A stretch of DNA of 22,223 nucleotides from an uncultured virus (IMG/VR IMGVR_UViG_3300036770_004547) (taxonomy: Duplodnaviria > Heunggongvirae > Uroviricota > Caudoviricetes): IMG/VR virus record IMGVR_UViG_3300036770_004547, one strand, 5' to 3'. The position numbers and the translations under genes are program-made. How positions within the stretch are numbered: the stretch's first letter is position 1; each line of letters starts with the position of its first letter. Below, in pieces: positions 15,946-22,223 of the stretch. The notes beneath the pieces were generated by a model. The model did no database searches. It saw only the letters and a program-made list of their open reading frames with translations, and had not been told where the DNA came from.

Positions 15946-16851
15946 TTTTAAGCGTCCTTCAAACGCACGTTTAAGTAACGCAAGTTGCGTTTGAGTCAGA
16001 TTCTCAGAAGAAGGAACGTCAAATCCTTTCTTGAAGACGTTCTCGCCAATCATTGAAGGAGGAGTTTGCCCTGGTGCACTGACACCAAGCTGTTGTGCAT
16101 TCGCACCCATGCCAAAGGCATTCATGTTACCAGCTTGTGCTGAACCAGGGAATTGCACTCCCCCAGGCGCACCGACTTGTTCACTGGCCTGTTGATATAT
16201 GGTTTGCGTGACACCAGGGATGTCCTTGCCGAACACTTGGGATCCTGACATCGCTGCAGATGTCTGATAACCAACTTGTCCAGGCCTTACTTGTTTTGCG
16301 AGCGTGGGGTTAGTAGTTGCCCAAATCTGAAGACCAATCCGTTCTTTATCTTCCGGACTTGCTGCATTATATGCTTTAGTTAACTCGGCTACTTGATATT
16401 TTTTAACAAGAGGATCTTGTTCTGTAAGTTGAGCAATGCGAGAACGCTCTTGCATTTCAGCGCGTTCAATAGGAGTATCAATAGATGCAAACGTAGAGGC
16501 TTGTTGACCAGGGAAACCAGCACCTGGGCGAAATTGCTCTGCTGCTTGACCTGCTGCTAATTCTTCTCTTGCATAATCAGAAGTTAATCCAGGCATGCGA
16601 GGACGTTTTGCAGTATCCAAGTTGAATCGTCTGTTACCAGCTACTGCTACTGGATTAGAGCCGACATATGGCCGTTTTTGCCCAGGAGGTGCAAATTGAT
16701 TTTCAACTGCTGTGCCAAAATTTTGCAAAGCAGTAACAATATTATCTTTTGGATTTAAAATGCTTTGTACTCTTGGAACAATATCTGCTGCTGCGCCAAC
16801 TGCTCCTGCTAATCTTCCTAACAAAGCTGGTGCTGAAATATAACCAGGCAT
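15943..16851 (-). CDS. Hypothetical A/G/Q/P-rich protein, possibly an internal virion protein (302 aa)
   Basis: Long ORF in the structural block, starting 2 nt after the upstream stop. Confidence 0.75.
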   Translation of the reverse strand: MPGYISAPALLGRLAGAVGAAADIVPRVQSILNPKDNIVTALQNFGTAVENQFAPPGQKRPYVGSNPVAVAGNRRFNLDTAKRPRMPGLTSDYAREELAAGQAAEQFRPGAGFPGQQASTFASIDTPIERAEMQERSRIAQLTEQDPLVKKYQVAELTKAYNAASPEDKERIGLQIWATTNPTLAKQVRPGQVGYQTSAAMSGSQVFGKDIPGVTQTIYQQASEQVGAPGGVQFPGSAQAGNMNAFGMGANAQQLGVSAPGQTPPSMIGENVFKKGFDVPSSENLTQTQLALLKRAFEGRLK

Positions 16852-16853
16852 AA

Positions 16854-17315
16854 TTACCTCAAAGCCTCATGTAAATAAAGACGTGATCCAACACTGGTAT
16901 CAGCAGGGCCTGGAATTGCCTGAATAAATTCAGCACCAGACCTTTCGTAACGATAACGAGCTTGGAAAGGATCCTTGTAGTTAGGGACGTAAAGAATATG
17001 TGCTAGACGATTCGTTTCGTACAGATAAATTTCGTCCCAGACCTTTAATGCTTCTCTTGCATTACTGGAACGAATCGTACGATCAACGTCGCCAACAATA
17101 TTCTCAACGCGGGTGGAAGGCGTTAATGCAACTTCGGTTTTCTTTTCGGCCGTATCACAACGACCAATCTGAATAATGATCTTGTCGTAAAAGTAAGAGT
17201 CCGGAACAGTGTTAAGTGATTCCTCTAAGCGAGCGTAGTCACCAGCAGGAACCGACACCACATAGTAACCTAAGTGGTAACGAACTCTACTCTTATCAAA
17301 ATCACTGAGCTGCAC
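16854..17315 (-). CDS. Hypothetical protein, possible head completion/adaptor (153 aa)
   Basis: GTG start with TATAAT upstream; size and position downstream of the capsid genes; function inferred from position only. Confidence 0.7.
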   Translation of the reverse strand: MQLSDFDKSRVRYHLGYYVVSVPAGDYARLEESLNTVPDSYFYDKIIIQIGRCDTAEKKTEVALTPSTRVENIVGDVDRTIRSSNAREALKVWDEIYLYETNRLAHILYVPNYKDPFQARYRYERSGAEFIQAIPGPADTSVGSRLYLHEALR

Positions 17316-17355
17316 AGCTTGCGCCCTATTTAATCTTCATTATAAATTGAAGTAA

Positions 17356-18087
17356 TCAAGCAAAGAGTTGCATTGCCTGTTCAGGAGTAATGACTCCAGC
17401 TTGTAGAGGGGAAGGTACTTGCGTTGCTGCGTTGCGACGTGCTAAAGCAGTTTGTAAAACACTTTGAATTAAGTCTTCTTTTCCTAAAAGTTCGGCCAAT
17501 AATTTATCATTCCTTTGTTCATTTTGTTGCCTACTATCTCCAGGGAGCTGGGGAGCCTGAGGGATTGCCCCCAATACATTTACATCCCCTGCTTCAGGAC
17601 GATCAATATTGCCGTGACCAACACGTGCAATAACACGTCCACTTGGATCCAAGGACTCAGAGAAGTATCCATAACCCCCGCCGGAACCTCGCCTTACTTT
17701 TCCTCCAGCAACAGCAGGTATGTAGATAGATGCATCTTCTACTGCACCTTTATCAAATCTGCTTTTTCCTTTAAAAGGTAAGTAGTAGTCAAATGATTGC
17801 CACCCAGCATGTTGACTGTGTCCATGTGCAGCAGCGGCTTTTTCTAATAGATCTACTTTTTCAGATAATTCTGCATTCGGATTCCAACGCCTGCCAGAAA
17901 CTGCAGGATTGGAAAATTCAATTTCTCTGCCAATAGCTTGTTTTTGCCTAGCCAAGGCATCAAACATCTTTACCCTTTCAGCAACAGGTAAAGAAGATAA
18001 AAGTTTTAAGTCAACATGATAAGGAGTCCCTCTACCTCCTTTTCCTTGTGGAGCGGTAAATCCAGATCTTTCTGTATAATACGCCAT
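17356..18087 (-). CDS. Putative M23-peptidase-like virion protein (243 aa)
   Basis: H...FDY, then IPAVAGGKV...GGGYG...VGHG loosely follow the M23 pattern; assignment tentative. Confidence 0.5.
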   Translation of the reverse strand: MAYYTERSGFTAPQGKGGRGTPYHVDLKLLSSLPVAERVKMFDALARQKQAIGREIEFSNPAVSGRRWNPNAELSEKVDLLEKAAAAHGHSQHAGWQSFDYYLPFKGKSRFDKGAVEDASIYIPAVAGGKVRRGSGGGYGYFSESLDPSGRVIARVGHGNIDRPEAGDVNVLGAIPQAPQLPGDSRQQNEQRNDKLLAELLGKEDLIQSVLQTALARRNAATQVPSPLQAGVITPEQAMQLFA

Positions 18088-18110
18088 TATTGTTTTCTTT
18101 TTATTCTAAA

Positions 18111-18138
18111 ACTAAAAACCCCTGGTTTCCCAGGGGTT
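18111..18138 (-). terminator. Rho-independent terminator after the HhH gene
   Basis: AACCCCTGG-GAAA-CCAGGGGTT stem with a GNRA loop, running into a U-tract (TTTTTAGTTTT) on the minus strand. Confidence 0.85.
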
Positions 18139-18153
18139 GTAAGGAGATGTAGT

Positions 18154-18585
18154 TTAGATGCGGATCAGATCAGCGGCAAAAACGGAGTCCCAATCAACTC
18201 GACGAATTTGACGCAACTGGTCGAGATTACTGAATCTTTCACCGGAAAGTGACAGTTGTAAATCTTTAATCTCTCGAGCAGTCTTCAATCCAATTCCCTT
18301 GATGTGATCTGCAATCATCTGTGCCGTAGCACCGTTGATATTGAGACGTGTATCAGGAGGAAAGTTGCGGGGTTCTTCTTTAGCTGCTTTATCTTTTACC
18401 TGAAGAGTTTTTACTTTTTTCGTTGCAGGCTCATCAGGAGAGAGTTCGTTTTTGTAAGCGGTATAAAGGCGACCGTCCTGATCTTCGACCATGAACCAAT
18501 CGCCGTTATCCCATTCGCTAATGATTCGAACTCTTGCTCCTGTTTTGCAATGACGATGAAGAATCTCTTCAGAGAGAACAGACAT
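18154..18585 (-). CDS. Helix-hairpin-helix (ComEA-like) DNA-binding protein with small N-terminal beta domain
   Basis: RLNINGATAQMIADHIKGIGLKTAREI...FSNLDQLRQI is an HhH_3 signature. Confidence 0.8.
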   Translation of the reverse strand: MSVLSEEILHRHCKTGARVRIISEWDNGDWFMVEDQDGRLYTAYKNELSPDEPATKKVKTLQVKDKAAKEEPRNFPPDTRLNINGATAQMIADHIKGIGLKTAREIKDLQLSLSGERFSNLDQLRQIRRVDWDSVFAADLIRI

Positions 18586-18616
18586 AGGACCAGAAAATGT
18601 ATCTGGTCCTAGTTTA
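18585..18616 (-). promoter_or_regulatory. TAAACT -10 element abutting a 10-bp hairpin that includes the A of the HhH start codon
   Basis: TAGGACCAGA (18585-18594) / TCTGGTCCTA (18602-18611) perfect inverted repeat; TAAACT on minus at 18616-18611. Confidence 0.7.
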
Positions 18617-18622
18617 GCCTAA

Positions 18623-19417
18623 TCAGCTAACAACGCGACCCAGGAGGTAGCCATCAATATCTTCGTAGCCAGGGGCTTCATCTGGTTGGATGTAGCACAC
18701 TTCAACAACGAAGTAGCCAGTGCGGCCAGCAGCTTTATCTGCAGAAGAGATGTACCAACCTGCATCAATACCGCTGGTAACGGTGGAAGCAGTACGCGAG
18801 AACACTTTATAAGTGGCAGCGCTGGTCAGTTCCTTGTAGACGTTAGTGGCGGTGACACCAGCGGCGCCGGTAGCAGTCAGGAAAGGATTGGTGCTATAAG
18901 CAGCGGATCCACCAGCGAAGAAGATTTCGCCTTCTTGGCTACCGGAAACAGTGCTGGCGAGGTTGGCCTGAGCAACACCTTCACCAACGGCTGCGCTAGA
19001 AGCAAGGCCAGTAGCAAACGAGATCACGCGACCAGTGGTAGCATACACACCGGAAGCAACGCGGCCATCGCCCCAGCCGGAAGCAACGGAGATGGTAGCG
19101 CGATAAACGTAAGCAGGAAGGGTGCTGGAGCCACTGATCACCATGCCGGTGATGTCAGTACGGGTGTCATCGTTCCGGTAAGGGGAAGGAACAATAACGT
19201 TGCCCGACGAAACGGCACCATCGCCAGAAGCAGTGGTGACGGGCACATAGCCACGCTGTTGGAAATAACGATAGCCAGGAGTTGCCAACACCGAAGTGGG
19301 GCCGCCTTTCGAACCATCATTAGCACCGCTGTCATCGGTATCAATGTTTTTGTACCAACCGTTCAGCGGCTCTGCCCAGTTACCAGGGTAGATTTTTTTA
19401 GACGAGAGATAGGTCAT
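18623..19417 (-). CDS. Putative capsid decoration/minor structural protein (264 aa)
   Basis: Immediately downstream of the capsid gene; GGAG SD; highly expressed codon bias; A/G/S/T-rich. Confidence 0.7.
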   Translation of the reverse strand: MTYLSSKKIYPGNWAEPLNGWYKNIDTDDSGANDGSKGGPTSVLATPGYRYFQQRGYVPVTTASGDGAVSSGNVIVPSPYRNDDTRTDITGMVISGSSTLPAYVYRATISVASGWGDGRVASGVYATTGRVISFATGLASSAAVGEGVAQANLASTVSGSQEGEIFFAGGSAAYSTNPFLTATGAAGVTATNVYKELTSAATYKVFSRTASTVTSGIDAGWYISSADKAAGRTGYFVVEVCYIQPDEAPGYEDIDGYLLGRVVS

Positions 19418-19453
19418 TTATTTCTCCGTATGGTTTACTTATGTTTTTACTTA

Positions 19454-20617
19454 TCAGACGCTACCGTCATCGGAGACGAAGCTGTAAGCAGTGGTGATGA
19501 AGTCTTTGTTCAGGACTTCGAAACCAGCATACAGTTGCCAGATGAGGATGATGAAACGGCTGAAGTCGTCGTTGTTGTTGATCAGCACCTGAGCATTCGG
19601 GCCACCGATACCAACGCCAACGGCTTGAGGACCGAAGAAGAAACCTTGAGCAACTTCTTGGGCGCTGTACGAAGCAACGTCGGTGAAAGAAGCTTGAACA
19701 GTTTTGGAGGGGAAGTTGGTCGACTCGAAGAACTTCACACCTTCAAACTGAACACCAGTCGGCATAACGGGTTCACCAGCCAGGAAGTAAGCCTGACCAG
19801 CTTGGGGACCCATGTAGAAGCTGGCGTTGTTAGGCATCATGGGGTTACCCATGTACATGCCTTGACCAGGGTTGCCGCTGTAACGAGCGATCTCACGGAA
19901 GTCAGGATCACGACGCAGGTGCATCATGAAGGTGGGATCGCAAATGCAACGATACAGACCATCGGTGAAGGTCGGCACGTTACGCTTACGCATATCCTTG
20001 ACGACGGTCAGCAAGTCGGTACGAACCGAGAACTGCTGGATGTCGGCAGTGTATTGAGCAGCGGTGTAAGCAATTTGACCAGAAGAGTTTTTGGTCTTAC
20101 CACCAGGGAAGTAGTAACCACCTTGGCTGGTAGAAGCAGCACCATTGGCTTCAGCTTTGGCAAGTTCGTCAATGAAGACGCGGTCACGCCAACGGCGATA
20201 GTCGTCAAGCAGGGTCAAGCTGCCGATCGACTGGTGGAACATATTCAGGTTGCCGGTGTCCAGAAGCAGACGCTGGGCGGTAACCAGAGTTTCGCGAGCA
20301 ATCTTGAAGGTCGAAGGCTGAGTCGGATCGCCCGGGTCAGCAGGACCGGTGTATTCCTTAAGCACCACCAGGACTTTCTCCTTGGTGATGTTACGGCTGT
20401 TAGCAGTACCAATAGTCTGGTCAGCAATGCGCTCACGGCTGTCCTTAGTACCAGGGGTACCCCAGAACTTATAGCGGTCGAGCTGAACGGTTTGACCAGG
20501 TTGACGAGTGAAGTCGTGAACAACAACAGGCTCTACGGCCATTTCGCAGATGTACGCCGGGTGGGGGCGATACAGTTCTGCACCCAAAATCTTGGGGAAA
20601 TCGGTATCAAGAAACAC
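19454..20617 (-). CDS. Major capsid protein (N4-gp56-like, HK97 fold; 387 aa)
   Basis: GTG start with GGAGG SD; PGQTVQLDRY, VLKEY, CICDP, GVQFEGVKFFESTN, FFGPQAVG and DDFSR...W..YAGFEVLN motifs; strong codon bias; TGA TAA double stop. Confidence 0.85.
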   Translation of the reverse strand: MFLDTDFPKILGAELYRPHPAYICEMAVEPVVVHDFTRQPGQTVQLDRYKFWGTPGTKDSRERIADQTIGTANSRNITKEKVLVVLKEYTGPADPGDPTQPSTFKIARETLVTAQRLLLDTGNLNMFHQSIGSLTLLDDYRRWRDRVFIDELAKAEANGAASTSQGGYYFPGGKTKNSSGQIAYTAAQYTADIQQFSVRTDLLTVVKDMRKRNVPTFTDGLYRCICDPTFMMHLRRDPDFREIARYSGNPGQGMYMGNPMMPNNASFYMGPQAGQAYFLAGEPVMPTGVQFEGVKFFESTNFPSKTVQASFTDVASYSAQEVAQGFFFGPQAVGVGIGGPNAQVLINNNDDFSRFIILIWQLYAGFEVLNKDFITTAYSFVSDDGSV

Positions 20618-20663
20618 TTTAGTTTATCCTCCAGTACGCAGGACTTTGTCGGGTGAAAGATTC

Positions 20664-20696
20664 AGACAAGAAATGTCTTATCTAAAACAAATTTTA
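20664..20696 (-). promoter_or_regulatory. Capsid gene promoter (-10 TAAAAT) with a 5'-terminal RNA hairpin
   Basis: TAAAAT at 20696-20691; 7 nt downstream lies AGAUAAGA-CAUU-UCUUGUCU (8 bp, one G-U). Confidence 0.5.
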
Positions 20697-20711
20697 GCAG
20701 TTGATAATTTA

Positions 20712-21245
20712 TCAACTAATGTAGCGAAGAGTAGGGGTACTCGAACGTGCCCCTGGTGTATTACTAGAACCCGCAAGTTCGGGATCAGTAATTACATTTT
20801 GATTAATCATTGGAATCAAATTAGAAGCCAATTCAATTCCGCCAGCCGCACTACCTGCTCCGAGTGCTGCTGTACCAAGCTGATTCACAAGCATTTGATT
20901 TTTCAACATTTGCGAGGATCCAGGTTGGCCTGCATACATTCGAGCTCCAAGTCTTTCCATATTTGCCGAAAGATCTGGTGCAAGACTCTTTGTTCTTCCG
21001 GCTAATTTAGTAAGGCCTCGTGAACCAAGATTCTGTGCTCCTGTAAGATATTCTGCAAATTTACCTGCAATGGGACCAGAGGTTGGCGCAACCGCACGCC
21101 CAAATCCCATGCCCAACGCACCTAGACCTGCTCCTGCTGCAGCTCCACCAATAGCTCCTGTTAAGCCATCTTCCTGGGCACCCTTGGCGCCGCCAATAAC
21201 GGCACCAAGAGCAGCAGGAACGCCATAAAGGGCGAACCTATTCAT
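20712..21245 (-). CDS. Gly/Ala-rich hydrophobic protein (177 aa)
   Basis: Glycine-zipper-like segments GAVIGG, GAIGGAAAGAGLGALG and LGTAALGAG. Confidence 0.7.
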   Translation of the reverse strand: MNRFALYGVPAALGAVIGGAKGAQEDGLTGAIGGAAAGAGLGALGMGFGRAVAPTSGPIAGKFAEYLTGAQNLGSRGLTKLAGRTKSLAPDLSANMERLGARMYAGQPGSSQMLKNQMLVNQLGTAALGAGSAAGGIELASNLIPMINQNVITDPELAGSSNTPGARSSTPTLRYIS

Positions 21246-21246
21246 A

Positions 21247-22212
21247 TCACTCCATCACAAACAGTTTGTTGGCCAAGACTTGAGGCTGAGCTTGATTGAT
21301 GACGCGCCAGGCATTCTGGGGATCACGTGCCATCACATCGTTGAAGGTGCCCCAGAAGTTTTCAGGTTGCTGAGGAGCAGCGGCAGCAGGAGGAGCAGGA
21401 AGCTGACCATACTGAGGATTGACAGGCTCAGTGCGGTAACCAGGAGTTTCCAGTTGCTGCTCACTTTCGTACACAGGGTACGGACCTTCAGGACCAAAGA
21501 ACTTCAGCGTGTAATCGCTAAGGACATCAGGATTAGTCAAGATTTCGTTGTAAGCCAGGTTCTCCTGGTGCTCATTGACAGCGAACTGTGCGTAACCCTG
21601 AATGGTATTAGCGGCGCGATTTCCCCACGCGACGGCGCTGTCCAGCATTTGCTCCAGGTTCAGAGCGTAGTTGTTCAGGATTCCCGGTGCCTCGATCCCG
21701 AACGCGTCCATCACCTGACGGCTTTCCCCGCTCATTCCCAGGTAATCCGCGATCTGCTCCAAGGAGGGACCCGAGGAGGTTTGGGAAGAGCTGGGCGATG
21801 AGGCCGGGTTGGGCGACCAAGTCTGCGGAGCCGATTGTTGCGTAGCTGGGCTGTTGGGAATTCCGTAATTCGCCGGGGTATACGCTGTCGTCGGTGCGGA
21901 GGGTTGACCCTGGAACGGGGATTGGACTGGTGCGCTCAGCAGGTTCACCACCTTGTTGAACGCCGATTCCCATGGATTGCCCTGGGAGTCCGCCGGTTGG
22001 GATTGGGGGGCGTATTGAGACGGGGCTGATTGGTAATTGGGGCTCGCCTGAGGTACCGCTTGCGGGTAGCTGGTACCCACTTGGTAAGCTTGGGGCGCCA
22101 CCTGGTAGCTGACCGGTTGGCTGGACGGAGCCGGAGTCACGTAACTGCTGGGAGCTACGGCCACCTGTGCTTGGCTCGTCTGTGGGATCGATTGGACGGT
22201 AGCGTCCTGCAT
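21247..22212 (-). CDS. Putative capsid scaffolding/assembly protein (321 aa)
   Basis: GGAG SD 7 nt before ATG; Q/P/S/A-rich disordered N-half and helical C-half; position upstream of the capsid gene. Confidence 0.65.
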   Translation of the reverse strand: MQDATVQSIPQTSQAQVAVAPSSYVTPAPSSQPVSYQVAPQAYQVGTSYPQAVPQASPNYQSAPSQYAPQSQPADSQGNPWESAFNKVVNLLSAPVQSPFQGQPSAPTTAYTPANYGIPNSPATQQSAPQTWSPNPASSPSSSQTSSGPSLEQIADYLGMSGESRQVMDAFGIEAPGILNNYALNLEQMLDSAVAWGNRAANTIQGYAQFAVNEHQENLAYNEILTNPDVLSDYTLKFFGPEGPYPVYESEQQLETPGYRTEPVNPQYGQLPAPPAAAAPQQPENFWGTFNDVMARDPQNAWRVINQAQPQVLANKLFVME

Positions 22213-22223
22213 AACTCATCTCC
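21608..22223 (-). CDS. Possible C-terminal tail of the upstream gene (portal by synteny), overlapping the scaffold gene in another frame
   Basis: Frame EMSYAGRYRPIDPTDEP...RRRVGKSRR is open from the window edge to the stop at 21608. Confidence 0.4.
   Translation of the reverse strand, partial: EMSYAGRYRPIDPTDEPSTGGRSSQQLRDSGSVQPTGQLPGGAPSLPSGYQLPASGTSGEPQLPISPVSIRPPIPTGGLPGQSMGIGVQQGGEPAERTSPIPVPGSTLRTDDSVYPGELRNSQQPSYATIGSADLVAQPGLIAQLFPNLLGSLLGADRGLPGNERGKPSGDGRVRDRGTGNPEQLRSEPGANAGQRRRVGKSRR

Noticed and set aside
19418..19456. Possible stop read-through fusing capsid and decoration proteins (same frame, 36-nt spacer)
   Set aside because: TGA is followed by TAA, and another in-frame TAA directly precedes the downstream ATG.
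18686..20656. 656-aa plus-strand ORF antisense to the capsid and decoration genes
   Set aside because: Codon-aligned antisense shadow of two in-frame, strongly codon-biased genes; no recognisable motifs.
1..22223. tRNA, rRNA or known ribozyme genes
   Set aside because: Intergenic spaces are short, and I saw no cloverleaf, T-loop or hammerhead/twister cores by eye; a covariance-model search was not possible.

Overview
A 22-kb segment of a tailed dsDNA phage, most likely a cyanophage. The host call is an inference from an NblA-like gene, a remnant of a cyanobacterial-type integrase, and -10-only promoters. The minus strand carries a virion morphogenesis block: scaffold-like protein, major capsid protein, putative decoration protein, HhH protein, M23-like and SLT-like hydrolases, SWIM-finger protein, HNH nuclease, a 902-aa protein, GH24 endolysin and Thr/Gly-rich fibre genes. 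A plus-strand operon encodes an HTH protein, two unknowns, a Dam-like methyltransferase with a degenerate catalytic motif, and a dCTP deaminase interrupted by a 347-aa LAGLIDADG intein. The supplied ORF track mislabels five ORFs (2396..2896, 2893..3351, 3348..3734, 3734..4327, 4361..5989) as minus; they read directly on the plus strand. The most striking unannotated pattern is a recurrent 'promoter-inside-a-hairpin' design. At several genes an RNA stem buries the start codon, while a -10 hexamer is placed so that locally initiated transcripts lack the 5' arm. Other highlights are a structured leader before a 38-aa signal-peptide-like ORF, a catalytically dead mini-integrase overlapping an excisionase-like gene next to a perfect palindrome, and two long dual-coding overlaps. 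All family assignments are by motif recognition, with no database search.
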